A stretch of DNA of 37,723 nucleotides, taken from positions 1 to 37,723 of the forward strand of contig CAZRCS010000002.1 of assembly GCA_964598645.1 (NCBI GenBank), given 5' to 3'. The notes beneath the pieces were generated by a model. The model worked only from the letters and a program-made list of their open reading frames with translations. It had not been told where the DNA came from and did not search any database. Below are positions 1 through 9,184 of the stretch, piece after piece. The number at the start of each line of letters is the position of its first letter. The stretch's first letter is position 1. This stretch comes from an uncultured bacterium. Its GTDB lineage: Bacteria > Fermentibacterota > Fermentibacteria > Fermentibacterales > JCC-6. The position numbers and the translations under genes are program-made.

Positions 1-109
1 CGAAATGGGCATTTTTCTTATCTCAACGTTAAAAAGCTATTTTGGACAGGCCTGCATTAAGAAGAATGTTGTTACGAACTGCTTCACTCAATCCTCCTTG
101 TAAGGCATT

Positions 110-430
110 TTACCACATTTTTCTTACTAACCATACCTCATACTGCACCAGAGTGTTGCTCTTGTCAAGCCATACAAGAAAAAGTATTCCGACAATACCT
201 GTAATAATGGCACATAAGGACACCCAAAGCGGTTCATCTGTTCCACGACTGAAAACCCAGTTTAAGAATCCGTCCACAACAAGCGGAATAAAAAACGCCA
301 GGGCAAGGTAGGGACTTGCGGCTGAATGACCTGAATCGTTGTCGAACGCATACACGGAAATGGAAATAAAAAGAATAATTCCTGCCAGAGTTCCCAGGAA
401 GGTAATCTTTCCAAAGAAGGTTTCAGGCAC
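110..430 (-). CDS. small integral membrane protein (about 3 predicted TM helices), function unknown
   Basis: The 106-aa ORF lies 2 nt downstream of the ABC-2 permease stop. It has hydrophobic stretches (ITFLGTLAGIILFISISVYAF, ALAFFIPLVVDGFL, WVSLCAIITGIVGILFLVWL). The only possible start is GTG at 430, since there is no internal ATG until the C-terminus. Confidence 0.45.
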   Translation of the reverse strand: MPETFFGKITFLGTLAGIILFISISVYAFDNDSGHSAASPYLALAFFIPLVVDGFLNWVFSRGTDEPLWVSLCAIITGIVGILFLVWLDKSNTLVQYEVWLVRKMW

Positions 431-432
431 GG

Positions 433-1665
433 TCAGACCCTGAAGAGTATGCGCTCGTTATTGAACATTCTCAGGGTAATGAAGATAAGGACCGCAGAAA
501 GGAAAAGGCTGGTTCCCATGGCGAAGAGAATGTCTCCCCAGACAGCGGTCTTCATGAATATGTCCTTGAGGGCGGCAAGGGTGTTGAAAACAGGGGTCAG
601 CCTCATCCAGTGTGGAGCGATGTCTCCTGACTGCATGGTGGTCATGCCCATTACCATTATGAGAAGATATACAGGCATTACTATTCCCTGGCCCTCCTTC
701 ACGTTCTTCGCAAAGGTTGAGACCAGAAGCACGATGCTGGATATGAGAACGGCCAGAGGAATCACCAGAACCCCGAACTGGAGGAAGTCCATGGTGTTCA
801 TCGTGTAGTCGGCAACCGTTTCCCCGCCTGTACTTACCATATCTATCAGATATCTCGATGCTATCTTCAGACCGATGGCGGAACTGACAGCGCCTACTAT
901 GGCCGCGGTCATAACAGACATCATTTTTCCGAGAACTATGGAGAGCCTGCCCACCTGATTAACCAGCAGAACAGCAAGTGTCCCCCTTTCCTTCTCCCCG
1001 GCAACACTGTCGAGACCAACCTTCATGGCATTGGCGAAAAGATATATGACGATGAAGAAGGGTACCATCATTCCAATTATCTTCCCCATGAGGCTGCCTT
1101 CACCTGCCAGGTCCACCGCTCCCGGTTCCATGGATGCGTTCACAGTGAGAGCCGACAGTATTTCGGGAGAAAGCCCATGCTCAGCGATCCTTTCTTTCAC
1201 AAGTGAATCGTTCAGGATGGAGAGCATGAAAGTGAACTGCTCCAGGGCGAATTCGGAGTAGTCTGCAGTGGAGTTGTGATAAGCGGTAATGTCGAATGAC
1301 GAAGCGTCCTGAGCGGTATCCATTCCCGGGGGGAATACAATGAGGAGTTCAAGATCCTTCCCGGTTACCTGCACCATGGCGGAATCAAGTTCGTTCTCAT
1401 TGATGAAGAAGATATCGGTGTTCATCTCATACAGTGCTTCCAGTATGGCTTCTGCTCCCAGCTCAGAATCATCGGGAACGAGAACAGCAACTCTGGAACG
1501 GTATTGGGCAATATCGCTCTGTCTGGACCGGTTTGCCCTGCCCATGAACGAGTACATCAGGGGGAGCATCACCAGAGGAAGGACCACCAGCATGAAGAGA
1601 AGCCTTCTGTCGGTGAATATTCTTCTCAACTCCTTCTTCAGGATTATCATGCTGTCCTTAAGCAT
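433..1665 (-). CDS. ABC-2 type exporter permease (NatB-like)
   Basis: The 410-aa product has an N-terminal TM helix, a large extracytoplasmic loop and a C-terminal cluster of TM helices, the typical ABC-2/NatB layout. The start overlaps the upstream ATPase stop by 8 nt. Confidence 0.8.
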   Translation of the reverse strand: MLKDSMIILKKELRRIFTDRRLLFMLVVLPLVMLPLMYSFMGRANRSRQSDIAQYRSRVAVLVPDDSELGAEAILEALYEMNTDIFFINENELDSAMVQVTGKDLELLIVFPPGMDTAQDASSFDITAYHNSTADYSEFALEQFTFMLSILNDSLVKERIAEHGLSPEILSALTVNASMEPGAVDLAGEGSLMGKIIGMMVPFFIVIYLFANAMKVGLDSVAGEKERGTLAVLLVNQVGRLSIVLGKMMSVMTAAIVGAVSSAIGLKIASRYLIDMVSTGGETVADYTMNTMDFLQFGVLVIPLAVLISSIVLLVSTFAKNVKEGQGIVMPVYLLIMVMGMTTMQSGDIAPHWMRLTPVFNTLAALKDIFMKTAVWGDILFAMGTSLFLSAVLIFITLRMFNNERILFRV

Positions 1666-2416
1666 TTTTCATCTCCCCTGGAAGGATGTGGCTGAAGAAT
1701 ACCTCTTCCAGGGTATTCCCCGATCCCTTGCTCACTATTTCGTTCAGAGTTCCCTCTTCCTTGAACTCTCCTTTGACCAGTATGCCGAACCGGTTGCAGA
1801 GTTTTTCGGCAATGGTCATGATGTGGGTGGAAACTATAACCGTTTTGCCTTCTTTGGCGCAGGCTGCAAGAAAGTCTGTAACGGCCTTGGAAGTGATAAC
1901 ATCGAGACCGTTTGTAGGTTCGTCGAATATGATGACCTCAGGATCATGCACCAGGCTGATGGCCACGGCTGTTTTCTGCTTCATGCCTGTGGACAGGTCA
2001 TCGATGCGTCGATGTATGAAATCCTCCATCTGAAGATCCCTGAATAGTTTGATCTTCCTTCTCTGAATCTCACCGTCCTCCATTTTGTTAAGCTGCCCGA
2101 ACCAGTTCAGCATGTAATCCGGTGTAAAATAGCCGTCGAGTTTCATGTCCGAGGTGAGAAAACCGATTTTCGACCTGAAAGCCTGCCCATTATCCAGTAC
2201 ATTGCAGTCATCAATCCAGACATTCCCGGAGGTTGGTTTTATAAGAGTGGAAAGGCATCTGAGCGTGGTGGTTTTCCCCGCTCCGTTTGGTCCCAGAAGA
2301 CCATATACCTCACCCGGAGAGCACTGGAAGGAGAGATCGTTCACGGCGACGGTCTTCTTTTCAGAATGTCCCCTGCCTCTGCTGAACACCTTTGTAAGAT
2401 TCTCAACTCTCAGCAC
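1658..2416 (-). CDS. ABC transporter ATP-binding protein (NatA-like)
   Basis: Walker A GPNGAGKTT, ABC signature LSTGMKQK, and Walker B VIIFDEPTNGLD are all present. Confidence 0.93.
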   Translation of the reverse strand: MLRVENLTKVFSRGRGHSEKKTVAVNDLSFQCSPGEVYGLLGPNGAGKTTTLRCLSTLIKPTSGNVWIDDCNVLDNGQAFRSKIGFLTSDMKLDGYFTPDYMLNWFGQLNKMEDGEIQRRKIKLFRDLQMEDFIHRRIDDLSTGMKQKTAVAISLVHDPEVIIFDEPTNGLDVITSKAVTDFLAACAKEGKTVIVSTHIMTIAEKLCNRFGILVKGEFKEEGTLNEIVSKGSGNTLEEVFFSHILPGEMKNA

Positions 2417-2912
2417 AACGGCCTCCTGTCAGTTCTATGAATGAAGAAATTTTCTCCGGAGTGTTAAGGTCCGTATCCTGAACCAGAGGAATACCAGGAT
2501 ATCTTCTTCTCAGAGCTTCAGCGAAAATTCCGGTACCATTTCTGAAAAGTTCTCCTCCTCTGTGTATTCTGGCACTGCAGATCCCACAGGATGGAGAACC
2601 TGACTTCATGATGAAGCCTCTGAGCCCGGATCCTTCTATTTCTGAAAGGCGTTTCTCCACCCAATTGACCAGAACACCGGTGAGGTCCATTCGGGTATTC
2701 ACGGTTAACAGCCTGATCTCACCAGATACCTCGAAAAGGTCCATAGGCTCCCTTGGCACTGGCATACCGCTTTCATGCTCAGGGCATATGGGAACAAGTG
2801 TATTCGAGGATTTCAGACCGAGGGCAATTTCCGGATTGTATTTGGATTTTCCATCAAATCTTACACAAAACCCAAGCAAACAACTGCTTACGCCAATGGC
2901 TGGTCTGGCCAT
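2403..2912 (-). CDS. DUF523 family protein (TudS-like putative [4Fe-4S] thiouracil desulfidase family)
   Basis: The N-terminus GVSSCLLGFCVRFDG, the later CPE, and SPSCG motifs match the DUF523 Cys pattern. Length is 169 aa. Confidence 0.78.
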   Translation of the reverse strand: MARPAIGVSSCLLGFCVRFDGKSKYNPEIALGLKSSNTLVPICPEHESGMPVPREPMDLFEVSGEIRLLTVNTRMDLTGVLVNWVEKRLSEIEGSGLRGFIMKSGSPSCGICSARIHRGGELFRNGTGIFAEALRRRYPGIPLVQDTDLNTPEKISSFIELTGGRCAES

Positions 2913-2915
2913 GTA

Positions 2916-3563
2916 TCAGAGAACGGGTTCCAGACCGGAGAGAATGGTGTTACCGTTGGGTTCATCGATTCTCACTGACCTGTCATCTCTATAATCGCAG
3001 CAGTGAATTCTGTATTTAACCAGTCTTTTACCCTCTATTCTGTATCTTGTGAGAATGAAGCAATCTTCCATGGTGGATGACCTTTCATACCTTGGAGTGT
3101 ATTCCTTCTTTTCGCCGGTTTGAGCTACAGTGAGGGTGTATCGGTGGGAATCGGGAAGACCGGGGATCGGGAAACCCCTGAATTCAACGGAACCGGGCTC
3201 TCCCTGAACCAGAACCGAGCCGTCGGCCAGCTGCCATTTCTTTTCCTCTGCTGAAGGTGTTTCACCCCTAATGATCACCATGGGAAAATCATCGGGAAAG
3301 CCTGAAATGTCCTCCAGAGGTTCGTTCAGCTGCTCTATCTCCCTATCTGTTTCCCCACAGCTCTGGCAGAACCAGAAGGCAAGGGATCCGCTTTTGAAAA
3401 ATCTGGCTGTCCAGAGATGTCCGTCGCCTTCACAACCCATCTGTTTTATCCTCCCGCTTATAACATATTCACATCGAAGGGTAATATATAAAATCTTACG
3501 CAAACACCCCCCGGACCGAACCTTCATCCATGAGAAGGCCCTGATGAATGCGGTTTCGCCCAT
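2916..3563 (-). CDS. hypothetical protein (start uncertain; internal ATG at 3440 or 3527 is possible)
   Basis: The ORF stops 3 nt before the DUF523 start, so it appears to be in the same operon. I recognise no family. A single CQSC motif is present. Confidence 0.4.
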   Translation of the reverse strand: MGETAFIRAFSWMKVRSGGCLRKILYITLRCEYVISGRIKQMGCEGDGHLWTARFFKSGSLAFWFCQSCGETDREIEQLNEPLEDISGFPDDFPMVIIRGETPSAEEKKWQLADGSVLVQGEPGSVEFRGFPIPGLPDSHRYTLTVAQTGEKKEYTPRYERSSTMEDCFILTRYRIEGKRLVKYRIHCCDYRDDRSVRIDEPNGNTILSGLEPVL

Positions 3564-3633
3564 GGTAACTGCGATCCTTGAATTATCATTGCAGATGGCA
3601 GTATGTTACTCTCCAGGAAACGAAGGGAAGACA

Positions 3634-4140
3634 ATGATAACAAGTACAGACTGGATACAGTTCCTGGGGCTGCTTCCCCATCCCGAGGGGGGATACTACC
3701 GTGAGTTCCATCGATCGGAACATGTAATACCCCGTACTGCTCTGCCAGCGGCTTACACCGGAGAGAGAGCCCTGGGATCGGTGATCTATTACATGCTGAC
3801 AGGAAATGACATCTCAGCATATCATCGTCTGATAACCGATGAAATATGGCACTTCCATGCCGGTTCGGCCTTTCTGCTTCATGTGATAGATCCCCGTGGC
3901 AACTGTAAAAGAGTACGCCTGGGTCTTGATGTCCATGTGGGAGAAGTGCCCTGTTTCGTAATTCCTGCAGGGCATTGGTTCGGAGCCGAGGTTGCAGAGG
4001 AGAAGTCCTATGCACTTGCCTCCTGCACCGTGATGCCAGGCTTCAGCTTCGAAGACTTTCACATGCCTTCAAGAGAAGAGCTTCTGTCAATGTACCCTGC
4101 CCTTTCACATGAAATCCTGCACCTGACAAGGAAGGACTGA
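3634..4140 (+). CDS. cupin superfamily protein (DUF985-like)
   Basis: LPHPEGGYYREFHRS and WHFHAGSAFLLH motifs are typical of DUF985 cupins. I chose the ATG at 3634 because the longer ORF from 3271 would overlap the divergent gene. Confidence 0.78.
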   Translation: MITSTDWIQFLGLLPHPEGGYYREFHRSEHVIPRTALPAAYTGERALGSVIYYMLTGNDISAYHRLITDEIWHFHAGSAFLLHVIDPRGNCKRVRLGLDVHVGEVPCFVIPAGHWFGAEVAEEKSYALASCTVMPGFSFEDFHMPSREELLSMYPALSHEILHLTRKD

Positions 4141-4145
4141 TCCCG

Positions 4146-4601
4146 TTGGCCGATCTTTCCAGCATTATAATTGACGACGACAGCTGCTTTGCATGCGGGT
4201 TGACCAATCCCATAGGCCTCAAGCTTAAATTCAGGATCCAGCCGGGTTCAGGCAGGGCTGTATGCGAAACGGTTATCGACAACCATTTTAACGGGTGGAA
4301 AGGCGCAGCCCACGGAGGAATAATTACAACCCTTCTGGACGAGACCATGGTTTACGCATGTACATCCACCGGCTGGCACACCGTTACCGGAACCATAACG
4401 GTCAAATTCCACAAACCGGTTCCCACCGGGGTTAGTGTTACAGTTACCGGAGAAGTTGTCGACAACCGGGGAAGATCGATTACCGCCAGGGGCACGATCG
4501 AGCTGGAGGGTTCTCTTCTGGCCTCCGCTGAAGCTGTTCTTATTCCTGTGAAGAAAGCAGAGAACCCCATGGAATCCATCAGCGGAAGACTTGTGAATTG
4601 A
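4146..4601 (+). CDS. PaaI-family hotdog-fold thioesterase
   Basis: CFACGLTNPIGL and AHGGIITTLLDETM motifs are present. The start is TTG, preceded by AAGGAAGGA. Confidence 0.8.
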   Translation: MADLSSIIIDDDSCFACGLTNPIGLKLKFRIQPGSGRAVCETVIDNHFNGWKGAAHGGIITTLLDETMVYACTSTGWHTVTGTITVKFHKPVPTGVSVTVTGEVVDNRGRSITARGTIELEGSLLASAEAVLIPVKKAENPMESISGRLVN

Positions 4602-5275
4602 AAAGGGCCTTTCTCATTCCCGGACTGGGCGGAACCGCGGACTGCTGGTCCGAGCTTTTCACCGGCCGACTCGAATCGCACTACCGGATAGAAACCACCA
4701 GTCTTCCGGAAAACGGCACCACCATAGCCGAGTTCGCCGCTGACCTTTGTCCAGCTGATCCTCCTGATCTGCTGATAGGATTCTCCATCGGTTCAGCTGT
4801 GGTTCAGGAGATACTCTGTTCTCACCCTGATGCCATTTCTCGGGCGGTTCTCATGGCCCCTCCAGCAGGCAGGAAATTCCCGAACCCTCCGGAGGAAGCC
4901 CATGATTTTTCAGACGGCAGAGGTAAATGGTCCGCAACAATGCTGGAACTGATGTTTACTCCTGATTGGCTCGCCTCCCACCCTGACGTTACCGAATTCT
5001 TCCCGAGGGTCAAAAGATCTCTTCCCAGCCAGACCCTCATAAGGCAGAGCAACGCCATCAGAAAATGGGAAGGCTGCACTGAAAGACTGGGCTCCGTTGA
5101 AACTAAGGTTCTGATAATCGCAGGGCTTCATGATATAATCACACCGCCTGTTCATGCCAGGGAAATTAACCGGTCGCTTCCCGGATCGGAACTATACATG
5201 ATGGAAACCGGCCACGGCTTTCCCTGGCAGTGTCCCCTTGAAACCGCAGATAGAATACTGGAGTTTACCCGATGA
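4598..5275 (+). CDS. alpha/beta-fold hydrolase
   Basis: Nucleophile elbow GFSIGS (GxSxG) and a late HG motif are present. The TTG start overlaps the upstream stop (TTGA). Confidence 0.78.
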   Translation: MKRAFLIPGLGGTADCWSELFTGRLESHYRIETTSLPENGTTIAEFAADLCPADPPDLLIGFSIGSAVVQEILCSHPDAISRAVLMAPPAGRKFPNPPEEAHDFSDGRGKWSATMLELMFTPDWLASHPDVTEFFPRVKRSLPSQTLIRQSNAIRKWEGCTERLGSVETKVLIIAGLHDIITPPVHAREINRSLPGSELYMMETGHGFPWQCPLETADRILEFTR

Positions 5276-6387
5276 AAATACTTGGTCAGATTTCCAGGGG
5301 ACTGGAAGAACTTGGATCCCTGGAGTTGAAAGCTCTTGGTGCATCTTCCATCAGCCCGGTCTTCAGAGGTGTTTTCTGCGAAACAGATGCCCCTGGAGCC
5401 ATGAGGTTGAATTACTGTTCCAGGCTCTTCGACAGATTCCTCCTTCCCGTTGCCTCGTTCACCTGTCATTCCTCCGATCAGATGTATGCAAAGGCTTTGA
5501 AGCATCCATGGGAAAACATCTTTGGAGTTGAGTCCACCTTCTCCATCTCAGCAGCGGTTTCAGGTGGCAAGATCACACATTCAAAGTGGGCCGCCCTGAA
5601 ACTCAAAGATGCCATTGCAGACCACTTCAGGGAGATCTGTGGAAGAAGGCCTTCTGTGGACAGACACAATGCCGACGTGAACCTCGATCTCAGAATAAGG
5701 GGAACAAGGGCCGAGATAAGGCTCGATCTTTCCGGCGGGGCCCTACACCGAAGGGGTTACAGGAAAGAAACCGTAAAGGCTCCCATGAGGGAAACCATCG
5801 CAGCAGCTGCACTGGAAATGACCGGATGGAAGGGTGAGAGACCTCTTGCAGATCCCATGTGCGGATCGGGAACCCTTCTCTGTGAAGCTCTCATGAAATA
5901 CTGCCGAATACCCGCCGGTTTCTACAGGGAAAAATGGGGATTCTTCAGAATGGAGGAATTTTCAAAGCTTGAGTGGAAAAAGGTCAAGGCACAGGCCGAC
6001 AACGAGATAATATCTCTCCCCGAGGGTCTTCTCTCCGGAAGTGACATTTCCCATAAGGCCGTGCAGGCTTCCAGGGCAAACCTTAATACGTTCAGACAGG
6101 GAAATCTGGTGAAAATTCAGCAGAAAGACTGGCACGACATCAGCGGATATGAAAACACCCTGATATTCACGAATCCTCCCCATGGGATAAGGATATTCGA
6201 GGAAACCGCCGGTGCCCTTTTAAAGGAATTCGGTGATTTCATGAAGCAGAAGTGCAGCGGCTGTACAGCCTGTATATACGTTGGTGATACAGGACTTCTT
6301 AAGAAGGTCGGTCTTAGAACTTCATGGAGGAAAGAGCTTTTTTCAGGTGGTCTCGATGGCAGGCTCGCCGGATACGAACTCTACTGA
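5272..6387 (+). CDS. THUMP-domain class I SAM-dependent RNA methyltransferase (RlmL/YpsC-like)
   Basis: There is an N-terminal THUMP-like region, a DPMCGSGT SAM-binding motif and a TNPPHG catalytic motif. The start forms an ATGA overlap with the hydrolase stop. Confidence 0.85.
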   Translation: MKILGQISRGLEELGSLELKALGASSISPVFRGVFCETDAPGAMRLNYCSRLFDRFLLPVASFTCHSSDQMYAKALKHPWENIFGVESTFSISAAVSGGKITHSKWAALKLKDAIADHFREICGRRPSVDRHNADVNLDLRIRGTRAEIRLDLSGGALHRRGYRKETVKAPMRETIAAAALEMTGWKGERPLADPMCGSGTLLCEALMKYCRIPAGFYREKWGFFRMEEFSKLEWKKVKAQADNEIISLPEGLLSGSDISHKAVQASRANLNTFRQGNLVKIQQKDWHDISGYENTLIFTNPPHGIRIFEETAGALLKEFGDFMKQKCSGCTACIYVGDTGLLKKVGLRTSWRKELFSGGLDGRLAGYELY

Positions 6388-7805
6388 TACTCCTCTATTA
6401 TTTCTTTCTTCAGTTTTTCCACTCTGCTTTCAGGGTAGGGTTCGAAGACATCTGAAGAAGTAACCGCCGCCCATGCTTTTCTGCCTGCTTCCATGGAAGC
6501 AGCCGCATCTTCCAGAACGTCTTCCTCTGAAGGATAGGATCTGGCAACTCCTGCTGCCTGAGCTGCTGCGGCCACCTTGGATGCAACGAAGGAATAAAGA
6601 CCTGTCTCGGTCATGGAAGGAAGTATCCTTCCCTCACCGATCACCCCGCGCACAGCATATTCTGCGATTGCCCTGGCAGCCGCAACAGCCATGCTGTCTG
6701 TGATGGAAACTGCTCCGGTGAGAAGAACTCCCTTGAGAATCCCGGGAAAGCCCAGTGAGTTGTTAACCTGATTGGGGTAGTCTCCCCTGCCGGTGGCAAC
6801 AATGGCGGCACCGGCGTCAATTGCCTCTGACGGGTAGATCTCAGGCACAGGGTTGGCGCAGGCAAAAACAATTGAGCCATCGGCCATTTTTCTTATCCAA
6901 GCAGGGTGTATCACATCGGGACCGGGCCTGGAGGCAGCTACAAGAACATCGGCGCCGTTCAGGGCCTTTCTGATGTCATCGATCCTTTCCGGGTTCGTGG
7001 TCCTGCACAGTTCCCTGTGCCAGTTCCAGTCCTCACCCTGAAAACTGTCAAGCTTCCCGGGATGAAGTCCGCCCTTAGAATTGAAAAGGATGAGTTTCTC
7101 AGGATCTGCACCGGCATGAATCATAAGCCTTGCAGCAGTGGAATTAGAGGCACCTGCACCGAACAGCACTATTCTGGTTTCACCGATTTTTCTTCCCGTT
7201 ACCTTCAGAGAGTTTATGAGACCTGCAAGAACCACACAGGCAGTGCCCTGGGCATCATCATGCCAGACTGGTATGGAACAGGATTCCTGCAGCTTCCGCA
7301 GAACGGAATAGCACCTGGGCTGGGCTATATCCTCTAGATTGATGGCACCGAATGAAGGGGCAATGGCGTTTACAGTGTCTACTAATCTGTCGGTATCGCC
7401 CTTGACATCCAGGCAGATGGGAACCGCATCGATACCCCCCAGAAGTCTCATGATCAAAGCTTTGCCCTCCATTACACCCATGCCGCCTGCAGGGGTTACG
7501 TCACCATCACCGAGTACCCTGGTGGAGTCGCTGACGACTGCAACGGTACGTCCACGACAGGTATGGGAAAATGAAACCGCAGCATCATCCCTGATAGCCC
7601 GTGAAACGGCTGAAACGCCCGGTGTGTACCAGGCTTCCATCCAGCCGTGGTCCGCCTGGTCCACCAGGGGGACTGTCATCATTTTGCCCCGATAGTGACC
7701 GTGGGCATCGAGGGAAAGGCGATAGAGAAATTCCGTTGAAGCTTTGTCCCTTGCTTCTTCCGGAAGGGAGCTCCTTATTTCGGCAAGTGCCTCTGATGGT
7801 TTCAT
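6381..7805 (-). CDS. NAD(P)-dependent malic enzyme (oxaloacetate-decarboxylating malate dehydrogenase)
   Basis: VAVVSDSTRVLGDGD, GMGVMEGKALIM and the GAGASNS dinucleotide-binding motif are present. The start overlaps the upstream stop by 4 nt. Confidence 0.9.
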   Translation of the reverse strand: MKPSEALAEIRSSLPEEARDKASTEFLYRLSLDAHGHYRGKMMTVPLVDQADHGWMEAWYTPGVSAVSRAIRDDAAVSFSHTCRGRTVAVVSDSTRVLGDGDVTPAGGMGVMEGKALIMRLLGGIDAVPICLDVKGDTDRLVDTVNAIAPSFGAINLEDIAQPRCYSVLRKLQESCSIPVWHDDAQGTACVVLAGLINSLKVTGRKIGETRIVLFGAGASNSTAARLMIHAGADPEKLILFNSKGGLHPGKLDSFQGEDWNWHRELCRTTNPERIDDIRKALNGADVLVAASRPGPDVIHPAWIRKMADGSIVFACANPVPEIYPSEAIDAGAAIVATGRGDYPNQVNNSLGFPGILKGVLLTGAVSITDSMAVAAARAIAEYAVRGVIGEGRILPSMTETGLYSFVASKVAAAAQAAGVARSYPSEEDVLEDAAASMEAGRKAWAAVTSSDVFEPYPESRVEKLKKEIIEEYQ

Positions 7806-8329
7806 GTGTTTCTCCTGTGAATGTCGAATATGTTATTCCCGTGCAGATCCCAGGCAACGAAAACAGGCAGCTTTTTTATTTTGAGAAGGCTTACTGCTTC
7901 CGGACCCAGGCTGTCCCATGCAATTACTCTTCTTTCCTCCACCGTTGCAGCGGTCAGGGCACCCGCTCCGCCAACAGCGGCAAGGTAAACGGCATTATAC
8001 CTTCTGAAGAGATCTCTGGTTTCCATGCTCATGTCTCCTTTACCAATGGCTATCTTCATGCCGATACGGAGCATCTCCGGTATGAACGGTTCCATTCTTG
8101 AAGAGGTGGTTGGTCCGCAGGAACCGCAGGACATTCCCGGAGGAGCCTGGGAAGGACCGGTGTAGAAAACAGGGATTCGGGCAGGATCGAAAGGGATCTG
8201 TCCGGTTTCGTTCATCAGTTTATGAGCCGCATCGCGGGCTGCGGCCACAGTGCCTGTCAGAAGCACCATTTCGCCGGTTCTCAGTGAATTCAATGCTTCA
8301 TGATCAGCTGGAAGGATCAGATCACGCAT
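7802..8329 (-). CDS. class I (Fe-S) fumarate hydratase / tartrate dehydratase family, beta subunit
   Basis: TGTVAAARDAAHK ... GPTTSSRME ... IGKG motifs are characteristic of FumA C-terminal/TtdB proteins. The ATG at 8329 gives a 13-nt overlap with the alpha subunit; the ORF could also begin at 8353 or 8362. Confidence 0.85.
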   Translation of the reverse strand: MRDLILPADHEALNSLRTGEMVLLTGTVAAARDAAHKLMNETGQIPFDPARIPVFYTGPSQAPPGMSCGSCGPTTSSRMEPFIPEMLRIGMKIAIGKGDMSMETRDLFRRYNAVYLAAVGGAGALTAATVEERRVIAWDSLGPEAVSLLKIKKLPVFVAWDLHGNNIFDIHRRNT

Positions 8330-9171
8330 GATGCAGTTCTGTGGGCGTGGCATTCGACACATACCGTTACAGGAAGGGAGGCCATGTGACAGGGCATGGT
8401 CAGTATCCTTGTTTCAAGTACCGTACAGGCACCCCCAAAACCCTGGGGGCCGATGCCCAGGGCATTCATTCCACGGGTGATCCGCTTTTCCAGTCGGTAC
8501 AGCTCCGGGTCCGGATTCTTCTCTCCGGCTTTGCGAAGCAATGATCTCTTCGCTAAAATTCCACTAACCTCCAGAGTTCCGCCAACACCGATACCCAGAA
8601 ATACCGGAGGACAGGCCCTTGATGCCCCTGAAAGAACGCACTTCTCCGCAAGGGCTCTGATACCCTCTTCCCCGGCAAGAGGTGGAAGCATTTCCGATCT
8701 GGATACATTCTCGCATCCAGCGCCCTTTGCCATCAGGGAGATCTTAACACTGCTTCCGGAAGTGTGCTCCAGATGAATTACAGCAGGGGTGTTATCCATT
8801 GTGTTTACCCGGTGGGTGATTGGCGGACAAACCTGCGAAGGCCTGAGATAGAATGCCTTACAAGCCCTCTTGACGCCTTCATTTACGAGATCTGACAATA
8901 TGCCGTCTATGAAGACGCTGTTTCCAAGTTCTATGAAAACCACGACAGTTCCAGTATCCTGGCATATAGGAAGACCTGTTTCTGCTGCGGTTTCAAAGTT
9001 CTGAAGCTCTATTTTCAGAGCCTCCCTGCCCGGTCCCGGACTCTCGTTTTCCAGTGATTTCCTGAGAATTGACTCCACGGCTGGATCCGGAGAAACACAG
9101 GCTCTTCCATAAAGGGAACACACCGCATCGGAGATAAGTTCACCCTGTATTGTTCTTATTGATTTACCCAT
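8317..9171 (-). CDS. class I (Fe-S) fumarate hydratase / tartrate dehydratase family, alpha subunit
   Basis: PICQDTGTVVVF and GAGCEN motifs are present. I chose the ATG at 9171, 13 nt after the histidine kinase stop. The longer ORF to 9255 would overlap the kinase. Confidence 0.85.
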   Translation of the reverse strand: MGKSIRTIQGELISDAVCSLYGRACVSPDPAVESILRKSLENESPGPGREALKIELQNFETAAETGLPICQDTGTVVVFIELGNSVFIDGILSDLVNEGVKRACKAFYLRPSQVCPPITHRVNTMDNTPAVIHLEHTSGSSVKISLMAKGAGCENVSRSEMLPPLAGEEGIRALAEKCVLSGASRACPPVFLGIGVGGTLEVSGILAKRSLLRKAGEKNPDPELYRLEKRITRGMNALGIGPQGFGGACTVLETRILTMPCHMASLPVTVCVECHAHRTASCVI

Positions 9172-9184
9172 GGGCTGTAATATG

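Noticed and set aside
3271-3633. N-terminal 121-aa extension of the cupin ORF
   Set aside because: The extension overlaps the divergent minus-strand gene and has no cupin homology. The conserved DUF985 sequence begins right after the ATG at 3634.
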